A stretch of DNA of 63,501 bases, filler included, from Corallochytrium limacisporum Hawaii (GCA_002811645.1; 8 parts of 8 records of this genome joined end to end with filler, not necessarily neighbours in it); one strand, 5' to 3'; shown: positions 45,728 to 56,929, counted from the whole stretch's first letter. Notes: generated by a model from the letters alone, not told the origin. Numbers and translations: made by a program.

Positions 45728-47653
45728 ATGTCCATGATCGCTGTTTCCGCCCTTGCTGCCCTTGCAGTTCCTGCTCTTGCCGTGATCCGCGAGGGTACTG
45801 GATACAACGTCACTCTCGAGGCCTATGACGGCGTGGACAATGTATTCACTGTTTGGGAGCCCGTGGCATTCGATTCTGAGGCCGTCTACCCCGTCGTTCT
45901 TCAAGGTCACGGCTACGGTGGCAGCCGTGACTCTCAGGGAAAAAACCAATTCAACAATGAATTGCGTGAGGCCGGATACTACGTTGTGACCATCGATCAG
46001 CGCGGTCATGGTGAGAGTGGTGGCTACATCAGCACTATGAACCCCGATAAGGAAGGCCGAAACCTGTTGCAGATCGTCGATTTTGTTCGCAACGGCGGCT
46101 CCGCTGAGGCTCCGATTGCTCTGAAGACTGACTGCTCTGGTGTGACTGGCAACACTGACTGTGTCGGATCCATTGGCGCCTCCTACGGTGGAATGTATCA
46201 GCTTCTGATCTCCGGCATCGATTCCGAGGGCTCCGTCAAGGCCATGGTCCCGGAGATTTTCCCCTATGATCTGACCCGCGCCATGAACCACAACGAAGCC
46301 TACAAGATTACATGGGGTAACCTTCTGGGAGTGTCTGGCAATTCGGCCTCAGAGCTGGGACAAGACCCCTACATCAATGAGGGTAACAGACAGGGAACTC
46401 TTACGGGTACACTGCCTCAGGACAAAGTCGATGCTTTCACGTACCAATCGTTCCGCTACTTCTGTGAAGCTGATCTCGATGGTGTTGGTATGGACACCAT
46501 CCCTGAGGACTCTGGCTTCGTGCCCTCTGGCGACTACACAGCGGGCACTTTCAAAGGAAACACTATCATGGCTTGGAACTCTCCATTTGACAATCTGTTC
46601 GATTTGAACCAGGAGGCAAGTACTCTGGAGTGCAATACTAAGGTTGGCGGCCGATCCATCTACATGTCTTACGGAACTGGCCATGGAACCATTGTCGCAC
46701 ACGGTCCTTCATTCGAATTGGCTGGTGGTGAGAGGGCTAAAATTGACCAGAACTGTGGTCCAGTCAACCGCTCCGAGGCGACCCTGGCTTTGTTCGCTGA
46801 ATACCTGATGAACGTCCCCGGTGCCTACGAAGACTACGTTCTGTCTAAGGGCTTCCCTGAATCGGACGGTGATCTGTACTGCCACTACCTGGGTATTAAT
46901 ATGGGTGCCATCACCCCAGTCATGCCCAGTGGTGGTACCCTAACCACGATTCCCGAAGAGAACAACACGCTCGTTCCCGGCTCTGAAGCGGTCACTGTTT
47001 TGCCTCTGATTACCTTGACTGAAGACGCTGCTCTGGCCGGAAAAATCCCTGCTACGATCACTGTGAGCCCCGCCGACGGTGGTGAACCTGAGGGTGAGCC
47101 CGTGATCTATGTTGGTCTCTCCAAGTCCGGCCCCGGACTGGACGGTGCCGAAGCCATCCTAAGCCAGCAGGTCATGCCCATTCGTGGTTACGGTACTTAC
47201 GACATGGACTTGGTCATGGTTACCGATTTTGTCAAAGCTGGTGAGACTCTGAACCTGTGGGTGTCTAACAAGTGGGATCTGCTCTACCCTACTGTGACGG
47301 GCACAAACGCTGCTGCCGTTGCCATCACTGGTTCCGTTGATCTGCCTCTGCTGACCGGTGACGAAGTCGCTGTGTTGGACGGCAAAGGTGAGACTGTGTT
47401 TGGAACGTTCGGTATGGATATTGTGGAGTCCGGAGACGAGTCTGATGACGGTGAATCTGATGAGTCTGACGGTGATTCCGACGAACAGGTTGGCCAGGGT
47501 GAAGAGGAGACCAGCAGCGGTACCAGCGCCACTGTTATCGCTTTGGCAACTGTCGGAGCCGCAGTTGGTGTGGCCGCAATCGGTGGTGTCGCTTACGCCG
47601 TGCACAAGAACCGTGGTGCTGCATCTGCCGCCGACATTGCCCAGGAAGTTTAA
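45728..47653 (+). CDS. Cell-surface CocE/NonD (peptidase S15) alpha/beta hydrolase, type I membrane protein
   Basis: Signal peptide; GHGYGG, DQRGHGESGG, GASYGG nucleophile elbow; acidic linker and C-terminal TM helix. Confidence 0.85.
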   Translation: MSMIAVSALAALAVPALAVIREGTGYNVTLEAYDGVDNVFTVWEPVAFDSEAVYPVVLQGHGYGGSRDSQGKNQFNNELREAGYYVVTIDQRGHGESGGYISTMNPDKEGRNLLQIVDFVRNGGSAEAPIALKTDCSGVTGNTDCVGSIGASYGGMYQLLISGIDSEGSVKAMVPEIFPYDLTRAMNHNEAYKITWGNLLGVSGNSASELGQDPYINEGNRQGTLTGTLPQDKVDAFTYQSFRYFCEADLDGVGMDTIPEDSGFVPSGDYTAGTFKGNTIMAWNSPFDNLFDLNQEASTLECNTKVGGRSIYMSYGTGHGTIVAHGPSFELAGGERAKIDQNCGPVNRSEATLALFAEYLMNVPGAYEDYVLSKGFPESDGDLYCHYLGINMGAITPVMPSGGTLTTIPEENNTLVPGSEAVTVLPLITLTEDAALAGKIPATITVSPADGGEPEGEPVIYVGLSKSGPGLDGAEAILSQQVMPIRGYGTYDMDLVMVTDFVKAGETLNLWVSNKWDLLYPTVTGTNAAAVAITGSVDLPLLTGDEVAVLDGKGETVFGTFGMDIVESGDESDDGESDESDGDSDEQVGQGEEETSSGTSATVIALATVGAAVGVAAIGGVAYAVHKNRGAASAADIAQEV

Positions 47654-50434
47654 ATTGATAGCACATTCGGTCTGGAATTTATCGACAACCCATCAATTAA
47701 ACGCATTTGTCTTTGTTAAAGAAAAAGGAAGGAACTAGAAGTGCGCACTGAGGCTCTGTCAGGGTACACACTTATACTCACCAACACCGTTTGCCCAGCA
47801 ATGAGGATCGTTCCCAAGAGGTCCGTCTGAAAAAAATTGGTGATAGGAAGAATTGCCCGATGGAAAATCGGAAAAATTCTGTTGAAGATGAAAACGTGGA
47901 ACAGTTTATATAGCAGTAGTGACAGTTATACTTACTCATTCAAAACAAGGAGGCGTCGGTACTAATTGAGGACGACCAGGAAGTCTGAACCAATCGAGAA
48001 GGCACGAGGGAGGTTTCAGGGGCACTGGAAATCACCTTCAAAGCTACCACCACCAAACCGCCAGTGGGAACATTTCGGCAACGCGACCGGCCTCACTGCG
48101 CCAGCAACGTCGTCGTGCCGAATTTCAACAAGACTTTTCCCAAGGAGCGCGGGCCACTAGTGTCTATCGGAATGGAGAGGTGTTCATCACAACGCAAGTT
48201 GGAATGCCATACATGGCAAAGGAAACCCGTGTGGCAGGAATATTGACAACTCAGCATTCCACACCCAGTGTTCCAACGTCGTTGCGGTTCCGGGATGACA
48301 AGATGTTCTGCTTCGTTGTCCATTACAACCTTTACGCTAAGTTTCACAATTCGTTTTGATGAAAAGTGTCTTTCATAGTGCTTAACCATTCTATGTTTCC
48401 CTTTAGGACACCAGGCAAGCAGTTCGTGGTACGCTCGCAAAGTCCCTGCTTGGTGGGAATTGATATCACGGAAGCCATCGAGGAATGCCCAATTTCCCTG
48501 CATATGCCAATGAGTTGAATGCCCTTCAACAATGCAGATTACAGCGGGCTGCTCACAGTGCCAATGGTTACACGGCCAGTGCCTCCCATTGTACGTCAAC
48601 TATTGTCAGTGGCGCACGCAAGAGCATCATCAACATGCGTCAAAATATTTTCGTAACTATCATCCTATTTAACGGCTCGGATTGTGTCGATTGTGATATT
48701 CACCACCTACCAAGGCTGAATTCAGGTACTTCCACCACCACAATAGGTCTGGTAGTACTTTTGGTGGTATTCCCTCCCCAACTCTTCCATAGTGTGCCCC
48801 CCGGGCACGGTGGATGGGGGCCCAATTTTCTCTCTTACACTTTGGCGGTAACCCACAGGCTCCCAAAAAAATGAAAATGAGGCCCCCTTTCCGGGTCCCT
48901 TCCCCTCCCCTTTTGCCACTGGCCACCACCTGAATATGTTTGGTGGTGCTGATTTACGTAGGGGTGGTACCAGTGGTAGTGGAAAAGGACCCCTTAAAGA
49001 AAATGGAACCCCGCCCCCCAATCCCCACAGCACAAAAACCTTCGGCGGGGAAAAGCACAACCCAACCAAAGAAAAAAAAACACTCTGTGCCCCTTCCCTT
49101 TCCACTTTTCCCTAAAACACCCCTTCGTTTTGGCCCGACTGCTTAAGCACAACTTCGCCTTTCCCAAAAATGGGTATCGGTGATGGCGCATTCCAATTGC
49201 GAGGCAAAAAAAAAAAGAGGGGACAGTGGTCAGTGGAGTCATTGGGGGCCAGTGGGCAACAAAAGCTATGCACAAGTACACAAGTTAGATGCTCGTCAAT
49301 GTAAACTCTTTGCGTTGTGTATAGCAGCGCATCGCGCCAAATTAAGCCAGGATAGGACAAAGAACGAGAAGCACTTAGCAGGGGCATCTGCGCAATCAAG
49401 AACCCAATAAAAGAAGGTTTGGAGGAGAGGTTAGTTTGTCAGCGCTTTTGGTGAAAGTGTTGGGACTGGGTGCAGTGTACCACTGTGCAGACCAAGTTCC
49501 CATTGTAGGCCCCGGAACCAAGGACTGATCGCAGCAGGGTAGGAACACGGTCATCGTGCTCACTCTCTCCATGCAGACGTCAAAAAGAGTTTGTTGCTGT
49601 GTGGACTACGTAATGGAACCGGAAAAGTGTGTGGTGTGTGCGCACTGTGCATCTTAAAATTCAATCAGAGGACATGGATGCACCGAAAGCGATGAGATAA
49701 ACGTCCCATGTGTCCCGGCACAGTAGGCCATCTGCAGTTTCAATGTGTCTATCTTCTTCTGCAACCAAACGGTACAGTTTTGCGCGTTTATGAACGGCGT
49801 TGCATGGAATCCCGTGCATGCTGGTGGTTGTTGTGCAAGGTGGGTTGTTCTGGCGTGCGCACATCCTCATCGATTAGGAGGGGAGTTCCAGCCGTAACGC
49901 CACAAAACAGAGTAGAGGGCAAGAATCGGGAGTGCGATAGTTTTCATGTGGCTGTGCCGGGCCGTTCCGGGGAAAGGGGGAAAAGGGCCATTTTGAGGGG
50001 GGGGAAAGGGAGGCCAATGGATTCTCAACGGCAGAGGTATCCATGTCCACTTGACCATTTCTCTACCCGCTGCTCGTCTAGGGTACACGATGATTTCGGA
50101 CCTCAGAGCGGCTTACAAAAATTTCTGTTTCTGTCCAAATTTTTCATGCCTCTGTTTTAAGGTATTTATATTCGGTATTGACCCACTGGTGATCTGACAT
50201 TGAACCCGTTGCTGTGGAATTCAGAAACAGATCTTGAAGTGACAAGATCTACTTCCATTTTCGCGTCTCGTATAGAGATCTGTCACACGTTCATTACATA
50301 CAAACAGGCCTTGGAACATAGGAGAAAATGCAAAGATTCCAGCGCTAGAGAAAGCAACGTAATATCAAAAGCATCATGTATCGAAACCATTGCCGTGAGC
50401 GTCTCGTCGGCTTGATCGCTCTGTTGATGTTCAC

Positions 50435-50534
50435 NNNNNNNNNNNNNNNNNNNNNNNNNNNNNNNNNNNNNNNNNNNNTTAATTAATTAANNNNNNNNNN
50501 NNNNNNNNNNNNNNNNNNNNNNNNNNNNNNNNNN
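50435..50534. other. Artificial contig linker
   Basis: 44N-TTAATTAATTAA-44N. Confidence 0.98.
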
Positions 50535-50627
50535 ATAAATAATCATATAAATCACGATCCGGTATATATTTTCGAACGAAAATTTTGGTTGGATACGGAG
50601 TATACATTCAACTCAGAGGATAGTACT
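50535..50627 (-). mobile_element. 93-bp AT-rich repeat, left copy of a perfect inverted pair bounding the contig
   Basis: Exact reverse complement of 53307-53399. Confidence 0.8.
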
Positions 50628-51055
50628 TGAAAACAGAAAAGATAGGACACGCAACCCATACAAGGCTCGGAAGCACACCGCAGTTTCACCAAGTTCCCTT
50701 TTTCCTGCCATTCGCGATTTCTTTTCCCATTCCACCTATCAATTAGCGTTTCCGCCAAAGGGTTTGAATTCTTCGGACGGCCTTGAGGTGCAGCCTCGTC
50801 TCCCTGGAGCCCGGCGCAGAACCACTCCTGCTCAGTGTTGTGTGATTAATTTGGGACCCCGCCCTTTCTATGTTTTCAGCGGGAGGGCATCCGGGTCGGA
50901 TGGGAGAGAGTCCTTGTCGGGCGAGCAGGGGAGGGTTAGGGCGTCGATGCTTGCGCATCGGCGCGAATCCAAATTTGGGCACATCGGCAGTAGGCCGGCC
51001 TGCCTGGGGTTCGCCACGCAGACCGGTCACGTTTCTGCATTCCGTGGCAGCCACC

Positions 51056-51300
51056 ATGAATCAAACCGCTCAGGGCACCTGGACGAACTGCATCGGCGTA
51101 CAAGATACTGATGGGAATGAACTGCTGAGGGAAAAACTTAGCGAGACCTCGCCAATTTTCTTGGCAGCAAGGCAGTCTCGGTTGCAAGACATTAGACTAA
51201 GGTTAGATACCTAAAAAGTTCACATTGAAATACATCTGATGGTAGTACTCACCCTCGGTCATGGCGTCTTGGCTTCCCTCAAACTCGATGATGCGACACT
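51056..51300 (+). pseudogene. Ankyrin-repeat gene remnant
   Basis: GCCACCATG start; SPIFLAARQSRLQDIRLRLD followed by a stop and frameshift. Confidence 0.45.
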
Positions 51301-53306
51301 CGCTTACGTACGTCACGGTGGCCATGGTATCAGGAATACCTGTAAGGGTATGGGTTTTGTGCTATTGCGTCCTGAGAGTAGTGTCACTGTTCTACACCAC
51401 CCTACATTAGGTCACCGTCTTCTTAAGACCTGTCCTAGTCATGGTACCCCTTTTAATGCCCTCACAGGGCCGATCACTTATGGGCCGGGTCCGCGGAAGT
51501 GGCGTTCCATCGCGAAAATGCCGAGAAGACCGATTCTCGCTTTATGGAATACTCTACTCTCAATTTCCATTACCTTTCATTGTGGTGCAGTGTAAGGCCA
51601 CGCCATGTGTTTCTGAGATTGGAACTACTCTATCCCCAAATATGCTGGCATTCACCGATCGGACATCCATCATCCACTGGTAGAGAATGCTAGGAATGGA
51701 TACTGCCTGATGTCATGTTGTTTGAATTTCAGCGGGGCCGGCAGACAAAGAGGATAGCTTTGGCATGCTTCTCCCTGTAGTGGTGGAGGCCAAAGGGATC
51801 CGTGGGCCGAGAGGAGCTTCAAAGTTGTGACAGTGGCGAGCCCATTTTGCCACCAGATTGAACTGGGATCGTTGTAAGTATGATGACACCACCCTTTCAC
51901 TCGGCTCGGTGCACAGCACTAGCCCCCAATCCCCGATAAAACTGTACTACCGATGGTATATGGTGAACCCTATAATACTTAGCATTATTAGCATAGAACA
52001 GCTGTAAGTCTATATTGTGGACGCATGGCGCATGGCGCATGGCGCATGACACAAGACGCCTGGAGAAGAAAGCTGATCTCAATTCTCTTTGGGTCCGGTC
52101 TCCATCGGAAGAGCAAGTGTTTGATCCTTGCCGAGTGTTCAAGAGGAACCGCGGCGATACTGTACTCTGAGATGGATCCAAACTGGTTCACCCATGGAAT
52201 ACCCTTCCACTTGTGTGGAAGCTCTACCCCAAGTATGATGGTTCTTTTCTTCTGGCAAAGTCGCATACATTTCCTCCAAATCGTTACCGTGATATGTGGT
52301 ACCTATTGTGAAACGTACCGAGTAAGTGGACATGGTCAGGCATGTCGCTCATCTGACTTATCATGATCATAGGCCTGCTCATTTACCTGTGTATGGTACC
52401 GCAAGGTACCTTAATAAACCCCTAACATGTTTACTCTGCATGCCACACACAAGTGTCCAGTACTAGTAGATGCACATTATCAATACAGACCCGTGAGAGA
52501 GAGAGTCTCTCTGTGTGTGAGTATGTTCTACAAGCGCGATTGGCGCGGTTCACAAACTGGGAACTAGGATGTTATACTCGCAGAAGTTGAGTTGGTCAGA
52601 TGTCGGAGCGTGACGATGAGCCAGGCAGGCCCTTGGTTCCAATCCTCGTTCTCGACACTCACACACGGCACGGCACGGAGCATGACTTGGACGACAAAGG
52701 CTCTGCAGCCTGCGTTCCCGTTTGTGTTCCATGCATTTGACTACGAGAATGATAATAGATAACGCACTGGACCAGTACACGTGTCCTTGTGATGACAAAC
52801 TTTGTTTGCAAAGTAGTGTTTGTGCGTACCCTAGATCCCCCGGGGGGTCAGTTGCGCTAGTTGACGAAAGTGTGCGCACTCGATTATCCTTTACATTCAC
52901 CATGGGATTCTGGATTCTGGCTCTGTCTAGAGCCGGTCTGCGTCTTGGGTATGTGTGGGTGTTTGGTTTGTGATTTGTGACACATTCTTGTTTCAACATA
53001 CAAGGTGACACGAGTTCTATACATCCTTGCCTCGCTCTCATCTTCATAAACTATCACCACGGACATACCTCTTGAAACCAACCGGTACATCTCAAGCCTT
53101 CTTTTTCATTCAAATTTAATTACTGAGTCATCTGGATCTTCCTCTGTCTCTGTTTATGTTGGGGAACAATCAGTATCGTCATCACTAATTGCTTCAACTC
53201 ATTTCAAGCATCCGCATTCTGTATGCCACATTCCCAATTGTCTCAGCTTTTCTTTCAAGGAAGGGCCTGCGGCAGGCAAGACTCAACCAAACAAATAACA
53301 CAATTT

Positions 53307-53399
53307 AGTACTATCCTCTGAGTTGAATGTATACTCCGTATCCAACCAAAATTTTCGTTCGAAAATATATACCGGATCGTGATTTATATGATTATTTAT
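53307..53399 (+). mobile_element. 93-bp AT-rich repeat, right copy; begins AGTA|CTATCCTCTG
   Basis: Exact reverse complement of 50535-50627. Confidence 0.8.
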
Positions 53400-53499
53400 N
53401 NNNNNNNNNNNNNNNNNNNNNNNNNNNNNNNNNNNNNNNNNNNTTAATTAATTAANNNNNNNNNNNNNNNNNNNNNNNNNNNNNNNNNNNNNNNNNNNN
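53400..53499. other. Artificial contig linker
   Basis: 44N-TTAATTAATTAA-44N. Confidence 0.98.
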
Positions 53500-53510
53500 A
53501 ACCCTAACCC
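53500..53510 (+). repeat. Telomeric repeat at contig start
   Basis: AACCCTAACCC. Confidence 0.75.
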
Positions 53511-53514
53511 AATC

Positions 53515-54665
53515 TTACAGTAGCAACGCCGCACTGTCAGAAGTAGAACTCCAAGAGACGTGGTCACAGTGGCAGCGCTGTTGGAATCAGGGTCAGCCAC
53601 CTCAGTGTTGGGATCCCGCTCAGGAGTCTCCTTTGGAGTAGGAGCTGTTGCAACACTGGTATTGGTGCTTGTGCTATTGGCATTGGGACTAGTTGTACGA
53701 ACACCAGTTGGCTCCTCAGTCGCGGAATTCTCCTGAGCATTCGTACTGTCACCATTCGAGGTCTCGTTATCAGCACTGCCAGAATCCTTAGTCTTGTCAG
53801 AATCCTCAGGCTCGTCAGAATCCTCAGTCTTGTCAGAGTCCTCAGTCTTAACCGGGTCTTCGGGGAGGGTAGGTTCATCATCGGTGTTGGGGTTCGAGCC
53901 AACCTTGACGCAAACGCCTTCTGTGGAGTGCTCCATGCTCCAATCGGCAGATGTGTCATCAGTGTGGCTGCACTCCAAGCCAGCATCGCAAATAAACGAG
54001 ATGTAACCGAGACCACTCCATCTGAAGCAAACTTCATTCTCCTGCTTGTACAAAAGGCATTGTGCACCGGCTGCACCCGCTTCAGGTACACCACAGTATC
54101 CGCCGCAGCACTCAGGCACTCCGTCATAACCACACTGTTCGGAGCCAGTCGGAAGGCATTCATCTGGGTTAATACAGATACCCACGGTTTTGGTGTTGCT
54201 GCATTTCAACCCATCCTCACATTCCCTGGAAACTGGGTCTGGATACTCCGAAGATTCGAAGCACTTCTCACCAAATTTTGCTTTTGCTGTGGGAGCTGGT
54301 TCGACATCGGAATCCTCTGGAACGCAGACTCCGTCCACATGAGCGTTGGAACCAGTAACCGAACACTTCAAACCAGCCTTGCATGGCACGTCGAAGCTGT
54401 TTGAAGCAAAATGGCACTGTTCACCCTCCTCCACTGGATCTCCGCAAAACATCCCTTGTGCTCCAGGACCAGGGAGATAGCAAACCTTTCCAGGACAGCA
54501 CGCTTCCGGGTGGTCGTCACATGGGCCAGAATCTTCAGAAAGGCACTCGTGGTCACCGTGATGGTCACCGTGATGACCACCGTGAAGCGGTGCACCGCTG
54601 GCCAGCAAGGGGTTGAGAATACCAACAACCGTAAGGGTGCTTACAAAGAGATTCTTCATATTCAT
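53515..54665 (-). CDS. Secreted Cys-rich, acidic Ser/Thr-stalked, probably GPI-anchored surface protein with a 1-bp frameshift near the end
   Basis: Signal peptide; His-rich patch; two Cys-rich module pairs; EDSDKT repeats; tail NSAATVTTSLGVLLLTV followed by AALLL* in the shifted frame. Confidence 0.8.
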
Positions 54666-54739
54666 TTGATATATTCTATATACCAAATTTGAATTATACT
54701 AGTTTCAACTTTGTGGCTTGCTGTAGTCAGCGATCAGGC

Positions 54740-54749
54740 CTTAAATACC
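54740..54749 (-). promoter_or_regulatory. GGTATTTAAG core-promoter motif
   Basis: About 75-81 bp upstream of ATG 54665/54659. Confidence 0.55.
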
Positions 54750-56514
54750 TCTGTATGGCATCTACTCGGCGAAGGTAGGCATGAACACTAATGATTCACT
54801 CAGGAACCATTCCGTTGTACAAACCCGATCAGTGTCAATCTAGTTTCGATGTTTCTTGGGGGATAATGATGAGGTTGTGACCGGCAAGTGTTAGGTTGAA
54901 CGGTCACTACTGTGGGCGCTGTGACCGTTCCTGGGTCCTGTGGAGCTGGGTCTCTGTGGGGCCCTTTCCCCCTCCCGCCCGCTTTCTGCCAGCCGCGTGA
55001 GTCAAGATCTGTTTCGAACCCAAATTCCCCCCACCAACCGGGAGGGGCAGGCGCGTTTCCCAATCCAGAACCCTATTATTAACATATGAATTGGTATGTT
55101 CTGAGTTAGGCTTAGTTTTCCCCGGTCTGCTCGGCAGATTGCGGTGCGGTTGCGATTCGCTGCAGGTTCTGCTCCCGAGAAATTATGAAGGGTACCGCTG
55201 CCCGGCATGCCGGTACGGAATATTTAGAATCCATTCTTCCAACTACTGATGCAACAGTCACGCTTAAACGATGCTTCTCACACAATGGCAGCCATTCAAG
55301 CGAGCTCATCACTTGGATCCACATCAGTTTGCTCCCTAACCAACTAGGGGTCTATGAAAATTCTTCAGTGGTTTCTCCTTCACCTTATACACTTCCAGTT
55401 ACCACGTTGGAACACCAACCCAACCTCATACTCGTGACCATGAACCCTCACTACAGACTAGACCTTGGTCCAGGTGATCGTCATGCTAGTTTCTAAGTCA
55501 AAGGGTTCAGACGTACAAACCAACCGTATCCATAGTAGAAGAAATTGGTATAGGAAAATAGAAAAGGATGGTGGCACACTGCCTACATCACTCTTGGTGA
55601 CAACGGAATTGGACACTGAGATGACATGTTAGTATTCTTTGCCCGCCCAAATATGGGTAGTGGCTGTGTTCGAACCGTTAATGTAATGGATCACTTCGTT
55701 GGTATTTGTTCGAATGCAAAGAGAAAACTTTAACTTGCAGGGGATTCTCCCAAAGTTTATCCGCATACCGTACGGCGCATGGGAGGCTCGTGGAGAAGGA
55801 AATGTGTCTGGTATGTAGCGGTTTCGCAAAATCAAAAGGCCACAGGCAAAACTAAAGAGATGAGCCCAGTTTGTCGTTTACATCGAACCGTGACTGTTGC
55901 TGTCGTTGGATATTATATGTGTCTATTGTTACACATCCTCGATACTCGCTGCATTGTTAACGGGTCCTACATACGTCAAGCCATATTTTAGCGGCTAATA
56001 ATCAAGAAGGTCTTGCAGTGAACTGCCAAACCTAGAAGTTTGCCTGGAGAATGTGTGGACCTCTTAATATTCGCGGTTCCTCGCACGGGGCCTAACTGGC
56101 ACGGTTCCGGTTGTGTGTCGCATCATCCAGTTCCAAACTGTGACTTGAAGCGAGAGACGATGACGTTAGGGCATATATACTCGTTCGAGGATCTGCGACG
56201 GCCACGACATTGGCAGATTTGCTCTTTAATACACACTGAAAAATCATGTGGAAAGTGATCGCTCAATAAATTTATGCAAAAAGAAGAAATTTGCTCGGTG
56301 GTTCTTTCACTACCGATCCAGCACAGCACGCGCGGGGGGGGTGGTGTTACCATAGACTGGTGCACCGAGTTTGTTTGCAACTGACACTTTTACAGACATC
56401 CTTCGTCGGCGGCTCGTCGAAGCCAAAGAACACAGCCTGCGCATGGGCCGCGCATGGGGAGGACGACGGAGGGAGGTATGGAGAAAAGCTTTTGCGCACC
56501 CGAAGATACAGGCA

Positions 56515-56761
56515 TACCACCCTCTGTCTCCTAAGTATGAGACAAATCGCACGAAAACGAGAACCCCGATCACTCTTTTTAATCATGATTGAGTAATATA
56601 TATTTTGATTATTATCATTATTATTAAATATCATTATACACCAAATCAATTTCAAATATTTCGTTTACGGATTGAATAAACACTTAAGTGTACTTCAAAA
56701 AATTGAGCCTTTTCACATTAACTTGACATCGAAGATCTCGTAGTCGTCGAAAAATTTTTTT
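56515..56761 (+). mobile_element. Terminus and AT-rich subterminal part of a TA-flanked TIR element
   Basis: TA|CCACCCTCTGTCTC followed by a sharp drop in GC to the contig end. Confidence 0.65.
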
Positions 56762-56861
56762 NNNNNNNNNNNNNNNNNNNNNNNNNNNNNNNNNNNNNNN
56801 NNNNNTTAATTAATTAANNNNNNNNNNNNNNNNNNNNNNNNNNNNNNNNNNNNNNNNNNNN
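56762..56861. other. Artificial contig linker
   Basis: 44N-TTAATTAATTAA-44N. Confidence 0.98.
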
Positions 56862-56929
56862 CCCAAGCGACGGCAGAGCTAAATCAAAATGAGTAGATTT
56901 GATACAATATTCCCAGACAGAGGGTGGTA
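56862..56929 (-). mobile_element. Terminus of a TA-flanked TIR element
   Basis: Minus strand TA|CCACCCTCTGTCTGGGAATATT..AATCTACT aligns with the 15684 copy. Confidence 0.65.

Noticed and set aside
48093-48599. 168-aa minus-strand ORF
   Set aside because: Non-ATG start and no recognisable domain.
52023-52050. (GCATGGC)x4 short tandem repeat
   Set aside because: Ordinary slippage repeat with no further structure.
56592-56761. AGTA-starting AT-rich end as a Polinton terminus
   Set aside because: Better explained as the interior of the element starting TA|CCACCCTCTG at 56515.
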